Shown here one piece after another: positions 10,068-18,061 of a stretch of DNA of 54,137 bases. How positions within the stretch are numbered: the first letter of the stretch is position 1; every line of letters begins with the position of its first letter. The notes beneath the pieces are model-generated. The model was not told the DNA's origin and did not search any database. It was given only the letters and a program-made list of their open reading frames with translations. The DNA is from a virus (taxonomy: Duplodnaviria; Caudoviricetes): positions 1-54,137 of IMG/VR virus record IMGVR_UViG_3300020233_000010; one strand, given 5' to 3'. Made by a program: the position numbers and the translations under genes.

Positions 10068-10283
10068 ATGATATTAGAAGATCATGAAAAGAAAAGATTT
10101 GTTAAGTGGCTTCGTACACAAGCAGAAAGTAGTAGAGGCTTGGCTGAAGAATTTAAAAAATCGCCTGGATCAGTTATGGAACACCTTGCAAAGAGAGAAT
10201 CCTATATGATTGCAGCCTATATTCTTGTAGCTAAAGACTTAGAAAGCAGGGAACCTATGTCTATAGGGGACGACGATGAATAG
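10068..10283 (+). CDS. Hypothetical protein
   Basis: AGGAG RBS; tight packing with neighbours. Confidence 0.7.
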   Translation: MILEDHEKKRFVKWLRTQAESSRGLAEEFKKSPGSVMEHLAKRESYMIAAYILVAKDLESREPMSIGDDDE

Positions 10284-10536
10284 AACTTTGGTAGTTACCG
10301 GCAATCAGATGAAAGTTCTGAAGAAAGCACTGGGATTGAATATGAGAAAAAGAATATTCAGAAATCACTATGTAGATAAAGCAGATTCTAAAGTATGCAA
10401 TCAGTTAGTGCATCTTGGAGCTATGGTGAAAGTGACTAAAGTTAAAGACGACACCTGCTTCTTTGCTGTAACCAATTTTGGAAAAGAGATAGCAATAAGA
10501 GGAGCGACGATGGATGTCGTTGCTAATATAAAATGA
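10276..10536 (+). CDS. Hypothetical protein
   Basis: Overlaps the previous stop; ALGL..FRNHY motif seen in small phage proteins. Confidence 0.7.
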   Translation: MNRTLVVTGNQMKVLKKALGLNMRKRIFRNHYVDKADSKVCNQLVHLGAMVKVTKVKDDTCFFAVTNFGKEIAIRGATMDVVANIK

Positions 10537-10649
10537 TAGAAGATATATTCACATACACAATAGGTTCTGTAATGGGCGCTGTATTTCTAAATCTTACAGG
10601 TAGTGTACCGGCAATATTCCAGCAAGTGATGATGGAAGTGCTGAGATGA
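10533..10649 (+). CDS. Small membrane peptide (38 aa, not in ORF track)
   Basis: MIEDIFTYTIGSVMGAVFLNLTGSVPAIFQQVMMEVLR; ATGA coupling at both ends. Confidence 0.55.
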   Translation: MIEDIFTYTIGSVMGAVFLNLTGSVPAIFQQVMMEVLR

Positions 10650-10831
10650 AGAAGGAGTGCATATCAATGCCATACACTGTTGCAAAAAGATATATTCTAT
10701 CTTATAGAAAGGCTGCATCCGATCATGGACATCCTCTTACTCATTTAGAATTAATGGTGAAAATGAAAAAGGTAGATAAGGTGTTTAAGATACTTAATAA
10801 TTGTATTGAAGTAAGAGAATTACAGAGATGA
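10646..10831 (+). CDS. Hypothetical protein
   Basis: ATGA coupling. Confidence 0.6.
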   Translation: MKKECISMPYTVAKRYILSYRKAASDHGHPLTHLELMVKMKKVDKVFKILNNCIEVRELQR

Positions 10832-11055
10832 AGAAGGAATGTATTAAGTGCCATGTAGAAAAAGATGAAGAAGAGGGATTCTATAAAAGCGGCTGTCATA
10901 AAAGCGGCTACAATAATATATGTAGGTTATGTTGTAGAGAATCTTTTAAGAAAGGTAGGATTGGTAGAAAGAACAGGGCATTGCCAAAAATGAAAAATAA
11001 AGAATGGAAAGAGATAGAAAATGTTCTGCACAATATAAACAAGGCGATGAGATGA
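10828..11055 (+). CDS. Small zinc-finger protein
   Basis: CIKC...FYK...CRLCC. Confidence 0.7.
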   Translation: MKKECIKCHVEKDEEEGFYKSGCHKSGYNNICRLCCRESFKKGRIGRKNRALPKMKNKEWKEIENVLHNINKAMR

Positions 11056-11258
11056 GTATAGAAAATGAGTTTGTAGATGTAGATTTTGAAAAGCAGAGTG
11101 GGGAAACTTTTAAAGCTATAAGATTTTTTGATGGTGTAGAACATGTATGGATACCCTGTTCTGTTATTGGCTCAATAGTGTTATGCACTGGCAAAGATTT
11201 AAAAGGGGTAACAGTGGGAGTGAAAAGATGGTTCGCAGAAAAGGAGGGGTTAGTATGA
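11052..11258 (+). CDS. Hypothetical protein
   Basis: Start reassigned to ATG 11052 (ATGA overlap); ETFKAI..VWIP.S..WFAEKEGL. Confidence 0.7.
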   Translation: MSIENEFVDVDFEKQSGETFKAIRFFDGVEHVWIPCSVIGSIVLCTGKDLKGVTVGVKRWFAEKEGLV

Positions 11259-11698
11259 AAGAAGAACCGTGTGAAGGATGCGGAAAATTGTTTATGGTGT
11301 GCAGGCATTGCAAAATCGCTATACCGTTAAACTTACTAGACGGAGTACATATAGGGCATTGCTTTAAATGCTTTAATAATGTTACAGAACCTTGCCCAGA
11401 AATAACTGACTACAAAGAGGAGAAGAATGTTAGTGAGAAAAAAGTTGTAGAATACGCAGAATCTCTAGATAGTATGACTACACTAACCGATTCTACTAAT
11501 AAAAAACCACTTTCAATAGAAGAATTAGTATCTCTATTAAAAATAGCAGCGGATGATTTGGATGAGGCGGCATTTACAATACAAGAATGGGTAAGTGAAG
11601 ATTTCCGCCTTGATAGGGATGATAGGCAGAAAGCAAGAAATGATTTTAATAGTTTTCGTGATAAAGCCGCAGCCATCAGAGAGGCTATAAAAGAATGA
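11255..11698 (+). CDS. Hypothetical protein with N-terminal Cys cluster
   Basis: GGAGG RBS before ATG 11255; CEGC, CRHC, CFKC. Confidence 0.65.
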   Translation: MKEEPCEGCGKLFMVCRHCKIAIPLNLLDGVHIGHCFKCFNNVTEPCPEITDYKEEKNVSEKKVVEYAESLDSMTTLTDSTNKKPLSIEELVSLLKIAADDLDEAAFTIQEWVSEDFRLDRDDRQKARNDFNSFRDKAAAIREAIKE

Positions 11699-11841
11699 AC
11701 ATTTACGAATTTATGTCAGATAGCCCTATTCTAAGTTTCTTTATAGTATTGATTATAGGGATAACTATTAGCGAGTCATTCGGATATTATTTTGAGAGCA
11801 AGTCGTGTAAGAAATTCCATGAAGATATAGAAGGAGATTAG
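11695..11841 (+). CDS. Small single-TM membrane protein (48 aa, not in ORF track)
   Basis: MNIYEFMSDSPILSFFIVLIIGITI...; ATGA overlap. Confidence 0.6.
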   Translation: MNIYEFMSDSPILSFFIVLIIGITISESFGYYFESKSCKKFHEDIEGD

Positions 11842-11843
11842 AA

Positions 11844-12221
11844 ATGGAAAATGGTGAGATAGAAATAGGATTGCTTAGTTATGAGCAAGTAGATAAACTA
11901 ATTCATAAGATAGAAGGATTTAATTGTAAAGATAAAACACCTTTGTATTCTTGTGGATGGGATAAAGGTGGGCCATTGATTGACAAATACAGTGTGTCTA
12001 TTATGATCTTAAAAGATAAGGAGGGAATTGTATTAGGAACTGCGGCTAGGATAGACGGAATGCCTGAGAACTATTGGGTACGTGGCACAAGAACATTGGA
12101 TGCAGTAACAAGGGCTATAATAGTAATGTGGAAGCGCGGCGAGTATGTAACTAGAAAAGATCTGGAGGATTTAAACTGTGAGCATGAAGACAAAAGTGAA
12201 ACGGAAGGAAAGAGCGAATAA
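11844..12221 (+). CDS. Hypothetical phage protein (possibly NinX/DUF2591-like)
   Basis: YS.GW..GGPLIDKY.VSI..G..L.A.TRAII motif; AAGGAG RBS. Confidence 0.6.
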   Translation: MENGEIEIGLLSYEQVDKLIHKIEGFNCKDKTPLYSCGWDKGGPLIDKYSVSIMILKDKEGIVLGTAARIDGMPENYWVRGTRTLDAVTRAIIVMWKRGEYVTRKDLEDLNCEHEDKSETEGKSE

Positions 12222-12303
12222 TGCCCGGAAATTGAAAGTAAGAATGAAGCGGGCTAGTAATAGGAAGAAAGAAAATACTGCAAGACTTATAATGCCAATA
12301 TAA
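12184..12303 (+). CDS. Very basic 39-aa peptide (not in ORF track)
   Basis: MKTKVKRKERANNARKLKVRMKRASNRKKENTARLIMPI; fills the gap between two genes. Confidence 0.4.
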   Translation: MKTKVKRKERANNARKLKVRMKRASNRKKENTARLIMPI

Positions 12304-12308
12304 GGAGA

Positions 12309-12521
12309 ATGGACTTGCCTAAGATAATAGAAGTTAGGGTGCATAGTAAATTTGGGGGTAAAGATGGGCCATGGACTGTTTCTGTAATAGATAGCGATGG
12401 TATGCAAGTCATAAACAAAAGAGAATGTAGTTCTGAAGATGAAGCTGAGATATTTAAAGAGGGTATAGAACAGGGGATTTCACTATTAAATTTTAAAGGA
12501 GAATGGATTTGTCAAACATAG
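12309..12521 (+). CDS. Hypothetical protein
   Basis: GGGAGA RBS. Confidence 0.65.
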   Translation: MDLPKIIEVRVHSKFGGKDGPWTVSVIDSDGMQVINKRECSSEDEAEIFKEGIEQGISLLNFKGEWICQT

Positions 12522-12709
12522 TAGAAATTAAACTAAAAGATAAGAACGATCTTAAAGCAAATTTGGAAATTCTAAAGCGCAGTATGCCAGAATTGAAAGA
12601 GCATATAAAATTAACGGCTGAGATGCGAAAAGCAAGTTACGATTCCCATATAGAAACGGGATTTACACCAGAGCAAGCTTTAGAACTGTGCAAGCAACTA
12701 TCAATATAG
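12503..12709 (+). CDS. Hypothetical phage protein
   Basis: AAGGAGA RBS; C-terminal GFTPEQALELC motif. Confidence 0.7.
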   Translation: MDLSNIVEIKLKDKNDLKANLEILKRSMPELKEHIKLTAEMRKASYDSHIETGFTPEQALELCKQLSI

Positions 12710-12723
12710 AAAGGAGAGTGGAA

Positions 12724-13245
12724 ATGAGCGATTCAAAAACAATGGTCAGTCAGTTGGAAGAAGTGTTTAAAGAAAACATTAACAGTGTAGAGATGGGCGT
12801 TTTCAAACGTGAGATGCAGAGATTGCAAACTATGGAAGTAGAATTCGTACGGTTGCGTGAAGAACATAAGGTGCTAACCACTGACTATGATGATCTTTCT
12901 AAGATTCTAAGTTCTTATAAGGAAAGTATAGACGGCATTGAGTTGAGGGAAAAAGATTTAAATGAAGAAGAAGATAAGATGGAACTTAAAAAAGTTGAAT
13001 TAACAATAAAAGAATCTTTGTTAGAATTAAAAGAAAAACACTCAAATTCTAGAGTGGAAGATCATAAGGAAATGGTGAAGTTGATATTCCGTGGGCCGGT
13101 ATTTAAAAAGTCTGTTATTGAGAATGGAACAAGAGATGAAATGAATCCTACAAGTATAAATGAAAATGGATCTATGTCATACCCTATGAGGGAGAACGGT
13201 CTGAATAAAAATAGTACAATAACTACTAAGGAAGAGGAGACATAG
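12724..13245 (+). CDS. Coiled-coil hypothetical protein
   Basis: AAGGAG RBS before ATG 12724. Confidence 0.7.
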   Translation: MSDSKTMVSQLEEVFKENINSVEMGVFKREMQRLQTMEVEFVRLREEHKVLTTDYDDLSKILSSYKESIDGIELREKDLNEEEDKMELKKVELTIKESLLELKEKHSNSRVEDHKEMVKLIFRGPVFKKSVIENGTRDEMNPTSINENGSMSYPMRENGLNKNSTITTKEEET

Positions 13246-13246
13246 A

Positions 13247-13417
13247 ATGGGTCTTCTAAAGAAAATACTAGGTTGGATAATGGTGTCAATTGTAGCGGTG
13301 TTTATTATAGGAGGGATGGTAATTTCGTTTGGTATAGCTGAGACGGTTTCTATATTATTAATATCTGGTACATTAACTGTTCTTGTCGTTGTAGGTCTAT
13401 TTTTAGTAATGAACTAG
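13247..13417 (+). CDS. Small two-TM membrane protein (56 aa, not in ORF track)
   Basis: MGLLKKILGWIMVSIVAVFIIGGMVISFG...LVVVGLFLVMN; GAGGAG RBS. Confidence 0.65.
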   Translation: MGLLKKILGWIMVSIVAVFIIGGMVISFGIAETVSILLISGTLTVLVVVGLFLVMN

Positions 13418-13426
13418 GAGAAATGA

Positions 13427-13723
13427 ATGGATATCAGCAGAAGAAATTTCTTAAAGATATCAGCGATAGGAATAATTGCTGCTCCAATAGCATTAGAAGC
13501 ATTTAATACAGATGCGGTTAAGAAATTAAAATGGGATAAGTATGAAGAATTCATAAGTGAGAAAGATAGACCAGCGATTGGTATAGCAGAACTTAAAGAT
13601 ATTAATAGCAATGGGTTTTCTATAGGTATGTCCCCTAGAACAGGGGATTTATGGAGCGATTTCTATAGGGATAAATTATATATATTTGAAAAAGAAAATT
13701 GGATAGAAATTAAAGGGGGATAG
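13427..13723 (+). CDS. Protein with twin-arginine (Tat)-like signal peptide
   Basis: N-terminus MDISRRNFLK matches S-R-R-x-F-L-K, followed by a hydrophobic stretch. Confidence 0.65.
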   Translation: MDISRRNFLKISAIGIIAAPIALEAFNTDAVKKLKWDKYEEFISEKDRPAIGIAELKDINSNGFSIGMSPRTGDLWSDFYRDKLYIFEKENWIEIKGG

Positions 13724-13724
13724 A

Positions 13725-14015
13725 ATGAGTATGAAAAATCACGCTGAAATACTAGGTCACAAAGTAAAAGATAAAGTAACAGGATTCAAGGGTGTAGCGA
13801 CGTCTATCAGTTTTGATCTTTACGGGTGTGTTCAAATAATTATACATCCGCCTATGGATAAGGAAGGAAAGCATAAAGACGGAATGTGGTTTGATATAGC
13901 AAGAGTAGAAATAACGCATAGTAAACGTGTTATGCCGGTTCCTAAGTTTGAAATTAATAACGAGGAAGCTATATTGAAAGCAGAAAAAGGAGCGGCAGAA
14001 AAGCCATTGCCATGA
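13725..14015 (+). CDS. Conserved-looking phage hypothetical protein
   Basis: LG.KVKDKVTGFKGV..LYGC.Q..WFD motif. Confidence 0.75.
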   Translation: MSMKNHAEILGHKVKDKVTGFKGVATSISFDLYGCVQIIIHPPMDKEGKHKDGMWFDIARVEITHSKRVMPVPKFEINNEEAILKAEKGAAEKPLP

Positions 14016-14179
14016 TAACGAAATTAGAACTGTTTCTACTTACGCTGGTTGTGGTATTTATGTTGATGATGCTGTTTAATAGTGAAGAGAATCGTACTAT
14101 ACAAACAAGATACGAGGAATGCGTAAATCAGCTACCGTTTAAATCTGGTCCTGGGGATGCGACATACAAAGGAGAATAG
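14012..14179 (+). CDS. Small membrane-anchored protein (55 aa, not in ORF track)
   Basis: MITKLELFLLTLVVVFMLMMLF...; ATGA overlap. Confidence 0.55.
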   Translation: MITKLELFLLTLVVVFMLMMLFNSEENRTIQTRYEECVNQLPFKSGPGDATYKGE

Positions 14180-14181
14180 GA

Positions 14182-14475
14182 ATGAAACTATCAATAAAGA
14201 TGGTGAAATATCTTTCTGATATTATCTACAATAGCAAAGTAGATAGAAGGAATGGGCCAGTAGTGATGATAGGAGATGTTAGACATGGAAGATATGATTC
14301 TATCAAGATTGAGAATGATAAAACATCTGGTCTTACTGTATCTTTTAGATGGAGGGGTGTTGAGATAGGGACAGAATGGGCAGATGGCGTGCAGTTTGAA
14401 GGAGACGGATCGCTAACTTTAGAAAAGATATACGGCACTGTAGAATTGATTATTGATAATTACATAGGAACATAA
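14182..14475 (+). CDS. Hypothetical protein
   Basis: AAGGAGA RBS. Confidence 0.65.
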   Translation: MKLSIKMVKYLSDIIYNSKVDRRNGPVVMIGDVRHGRYDSIKIENDKTSGLTVSFRWRGVEIGTEWADGVQFEGDGSLTLEKIYGTVELIIDNYIGT

Positions 14476-14477
14476 AA

Positions 14478-14894
14478 ATGAATATAATAAAGCAAGAAAT
14501 TAAAACATTTATAGAAAAATTGATATGCGGTAGTTGTAAAGGAGAAATGAAATTCTCTGGAAATGTTCTAAGCGGCAACCCTCCTATACAAATACATATC
14601 TGCGATAGTTGCGCGGTAGTGCAGGAAGTGAAGGGGGATACATACCCAAAGACAAGTTATGAATATGTAGATGTAAAGAAAAAGGGGTTAGAGTTTAGAG
14701 ATTATGGAATTACATATACTAATTCGCTAGGGGGCGCTGATTATAAAAGTGTATGTGTAACTAAGAACGCTCTGAAAGGAACTATAAAAACTATAAAAGA
14801 TTTAGGAGGGTGGAACATAACAGTAGAAGACTCTGCCACAGAAATAATAATTTACTATGATAGTAAGTTTTCAGACGGGGTGGATGATGGGTAA
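14478..14894 (+). CDS. Zinc-ribbon hypothetical protein
   Basis: CGSCKGEM...H.CDSC...YP. Confidence 0.7.
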   Translation: MNIIKQEIKTFIEKLICGSCKGEMKFSGNVLSGNPPIQIHICDSCAVVQEVKGDTYPKTSYEYVDVKKKGLEFRDYGITYTNSLGGADYKSVCVTKNALKGTIKTIKDLGGWNITVEDSATEIIIYYDSKFSDGVDDG

Positions 14895-15138
14895 GTTAAT
14901 TATCTTACTATCAGTATTCCTATCTGCATGTAATCCAGTTACAGATATTAGAGTGGTGAATGAGGCGGTAGGAAATGGGGATGGTGTAGTTATAGATATA
15001 GAAGCAGGGGAAACATCTTGTTCTTATCTTGTTAGGAAAGTGCCGGCGGAAGATTGCTGGGGTAATCCTAATCTATTATTCTGTAATAATTCTTGGTTAG
15101 AATTACAAGGATGCAAATCAATAAGGAAAATACAATGA
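14884..15138 (+). CDS. Putative lipoprotein
   Basis: MMGKLIILLSVFLSAC lipobox. Confidence 0.6.
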   Translation: MMGKLIILLSVFLSACNPVTDIRVVNEAVGNGDGVVIDIEAGETSCSYLVRKVPAEDCWGNPNLLFCNNSWLELQGCKSIRKIQ

Positions 15139-15398
15139 CGATAATGACGATAGATTTAGTAATGGACCGTATAAAATCAGCAACAAGGTATTCACCAATA
15201 GCTGTCTTCCATAGTGTAGGTGAAGGAAAGTTAGATGCGCTTTTTGCATCAACAGTTATGACAGAAATAAAAATTAGGAAGGAGGGTAAATTTCTAGTTG
15301 GCGTCTATCATCAATACATGGATCTAAGAAAAATATATAAGGAATTGAAAAGCGCAATGGAAGGACTATCAAGCGGCCATGATTTAACATTCCACTAG
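15135..15398 (+). CDS. Hypothetical protein
   Basis: AAGGA RBS; ATGA overlap at 15135. Confidence 0.65.
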   Translation: MTIMTIDLVMDRIKSATRYSPIAVFHSVGEGKLDALFASTVMTEIKIRKEGKFLVGVYHQYMDLRKIYKELKSAMEGLSSGHDLTFH

Positions 15399-15679
15399 AA
15401 ACTGTATACATACACGCCACCTTTAAGAGCTAAACATGTATATGAGATACATCTTACCTGGTGAGGATTGCGGCAAACAACCAGTACCCGCAACAAGCTG
15501 GCAGCGCACCCTGTATGTCCACTATATTACCATGCTAGGGTCGCTGTAAACGCCACCACTGCCAGCCTGTATATTGCGGCTATGGTTAACCGTAATCCCT
15601 TTAAAACGGCTATACAAAGCCTGAAAATAAATTCACGATTTCTAACCCCTATAGATATAGTATATGGCAATAAATACAG

Positions 15680-15746
15680 TTGCAACTGATTGTATTGTAT
15701 AGGGATAATAAAAAGCTTTATTTATAGTAAAACAAGCCGTTATAAT
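15680..15746 (+). promoter_or_regulatory. Candidate early promoter(s)
   Basis: TTGCAA-18-GATAAT (15680-15709) and a perfect TATAAT at 15741-15746 with a weak -35. Confidence 0.45.
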
Positions 15747-16167
15747 GAACACACAGCATGTCGCTACCTTATATAAGGAAAGCCGCTAGGGTCAAGTGCC
15801 AGTAACCCACCATAGTTAAACTGCTAACCCACAAATCCAAATCCTCCAAGCGGGGTGTGCAACTAGCGCAATGTAAGTTGATCGGTAATGTTTTCCAAAC
15901 TGGTCAGGGTGTCACGGTAAACTTTCACCCACACGCTAAGTCTGCATCAGGCCGAAAGAAAAATATTATCTTTCATCAATGCCAGTGCATCACCGTTATG
16001 CAAACTGTTGAAGAGCCTGGAAGTGAGTTGGGCACTATATTCCAGATTGTCGTTTAGCAGTATGCCAGAATCAAAATGATTAACTGTACTGTAGGAAAGT
16101 GTGACAGAATCCAAATGGATTAACTACACCATAACCGCGACGCCACTATCTTACGATCTTACAACCC

Positions 16168-16217
16168 TGCAGATAGTGGTCAGTGTTTTTGAAACAAAGC
16201 ATTGACCACTGTCTGCA
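16168..16217 (+). promoter_or_regulatory. Long hairpin (about 22 bp) upstream of the first early gene
   Basis: TGCAGATAGTGGTCAGTGTTTT-tgaaac-AAAGCATTGACCACTGTCTGCA; non-Watson-Crick positions are G-U on the + strand. Confidence 0.75.
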
Positions 16218-16256
16218 TGGTGCAAACAGTACAAACTAATAAAGGAAAACATCCCA

Positions 16257-16604
16257 ATGAAACTTATTAAAAATGAAAACGAAAATAATTCTGCTGTATT
16301 TTTCAATGCAGTAGTTGCAGAATTTAATAAGCTTACCGATACAGGCGAGACAGCAGAGCGGTTAGATGATTGTTCTATAACGTTCGTTGACAACGCTACT
16401 GTCTTTATTGAATCTGAAAACGAAGATAAAAATTACATGGTTAGTTTCTACGTCAATGATGATGACGATCTTACATTTGAAATTAATAAAGGTATAGACT
16501 GCATACGCCAACGTCATTATGAATACACGATAGATGGCGAATTTTCAAACAGCATGTCAGCCGCTAAGGAACTTGACTTTATCGTATCGTTAATTAAATT
16601 GTAA
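16257..16604 (+). CDS. Acidic early hypothetical protein
   Basis: AAAGGA RBS. Confidence 0.7.
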   Translation: MKLIKNENENNSAVFFNAVVAEFNKLTDTGETAERLDDCSITFVDNATVFIESENEDKNYMVSFYVNDDDDLTFEINKGIDCIRQRHYEYTIDGEFSNSMSAAKELDFIVSLIKL

Positions 16605-16614
16605 GGGGAGTGTC

Positions 16615-16815
16615 ATGTCTAAAGAAATTATAATATCGGAAAAATATTCCAGGTCTTATGTCAGTCGGGAAATGGCTGTTAAGGTTGCAGAAGGTTTTGA
16701 CTGTAGATTTATAATAATGAAAACTGAATCGGGCAGGTACATGCCGGTCTTAGTTGGCCATGACGCTATAGCATCGGGAGCAGTGAATACTAACTTAGTA
16801 TGCATACTAACTTAA
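16615..16815 (+). CDS. Early hypothetical protein
   Basis: GGGGAG RBS. Confidence 0.7.
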   Translation: MSKEIIISEKYSRSYVSREMAVKVAEGFDCRFIIMKTESGRYMPVLVGHDAIASGAVNTNLVCILT

Positions 16816-16886
16816 TGGTGATAGGTTAAATTCAACACTGCCATGGAAGGCTTTTTTATTTTCAATACTTATAAAGGAGAAATCCA

Positions 16887-17081
16887 ATGAATAGAAAAGT
16901 AACGGCAATGATGGTGGATGATTGGATAGCTGAACATATGAATACTGAATTAGAAAAGTATGATGTTGAGATATATGTTGAACATGAAATGACTGGAAAA
17001 TGGTCTATGACATTTGCAGAATTCAAAAAGATTTTAAAGAACTTTCCAACAGGAAAATTTGTAGTAACTACTATTAACTAA
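16887..17081 (+). CDS. Early hypothetical protein
   Basis: AAGGAGA RBS. Confidence 0.7.
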   Translation: MNRKVTAMMVDDWIAEHMNTELEKYDVEIYVEHEMTGKWSMTFAEFKKILKNFPTGKFVVTTIN

Positions 17082-17096
17082 TAAAGGAGAAATCCA

Positions 17097-17321
17097 ATGA
17101 CAGATACATTCGGAAAACCGGCACAGCCAAGAATACTAAGCAGACGTGAGATTGATAGGAAGTTGCAGAGAGCAATCAAAACAACTTACGCTTCGTTGCT
17201 TGATATTGAATTGCAGATACATAGGTTGCAAGGAAACTCCCTAGAGACAAGAAGCAGTCTAGTTTCTATAAGAAATAACCTAGCTTCTGTAATAAAATAT
17301 TTAAAGGAGATAAGGAAATGA
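17097..17321 (+). CDS. Early hypothetical protein
   Basis: AAGGAGA RBS. Confidence 0.7.
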   Translation: MTDTFGKPAQPRILSRREIDRKLQRAIKTTYASLLDIELQIHRLQGNSLETRSSLVSIRNNLASVIKYLKEIRK

Positions 17322-17569
17322 GCAGCATGTCTTATTGCAGATTTGAAAATACACAGAAAGATTTCAGCGAGTGTTGCATGGTGCTGAAACATATATTCCA
17401 AGAAAGAGAAGAAAGGCTGGAAGGCAGTGAGTTGGAAGCCGCGAAAAGTATTGTACAAGATATTATTGACTTTGTTGAATTCTACAAGGACGAAGAATTG
17501 TTTAGCTTTGAAGAAGAGAAGACTGGCACTGACTTTATGGAAATGATACAAGGAGAAGGAAATGATTAA
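17318..17569 (+). CDS. Conserved-looking phage hypothetical protein
   Basis: MS.MSYCRFENT..D motif recurrent in phage early regions. Confidence 0.7.
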   Translation: MSSMSYCRFENTQKDFSECCMVLKHIFQEREERLEGSELEAAKSIVQDIIDFVEFYKDEELFSFEEEKTGTDFMEMIQGEGND

Positions 17570-18020
17570 GACAGAAGAAGAAGCGAAAAGATTATCAGAA
17601 GAGACTGCCGAATTCCATTCAAAAAATATTATTTCTTTAATAGAAAAGATATTGAATGAAGGAGCGGGTATAGAAACTACAAAATATTTTTCAAAGTTTT
17701 GCATGGAGGGGTTAAGAGTTACAGTTAGAGAATTCAGATTTGATATTTTTTACCATGCAGAAGACGCCGCTATAGATGTAGATGTTTTTTGCAAGGATAG
17801 AAAGATATCATGCAGGTCTGCATCTATCGGTCTTATCAGTATGAAATCTATTTTTGAAATGTTGGAAATGATTATCAAAGTCTACAGAGCAAGAAGTGCA
17901 GTAGTGTTAACAAGGAAGCAGTTCGAAGCTATGGTGGTAGCGGGTTCTATAGCCAAAGATGATTTTGTAATAAATGCAAACCCACCTAGCAACCGCGCAT
18001 CTTCCAAGTTAGATTCATAA
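17562..18020 (+). CDS. Hypothetical protein
   Basis: AAGGAG RBS; overlap with the previous gene. Confidence 0.65.
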   Translation: MIKTEEEAKRLSEETAEFHSKNIISLIEKILNEGAGIETTKYFSKFCMEGLRVTVREFRFDIFYHAEDAAIDVDVFCKDRKISCRSASIGLISMKSIFEMLEMIIKVYRARSAVVLTRKQFEAMVVAGSIAKDDFVINANPPSNRASSKLDS

Positions 18021-18061
18021 TTGATTACTCCAATCACTTAAATTAATAAAGGAGAATTAAA

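Noticed and set aside
15750-16250. tRNA or tmRNA genes in the large intergenic region
   Set aside because: No cloverleaf or T-loop GTTCRA consensus could be found by eye.
16840-16862. Terminator after 16615..16815
   Set aside because: A T-tract is present but the stem is only 3 bp (GCC/GGC), too weak to call.
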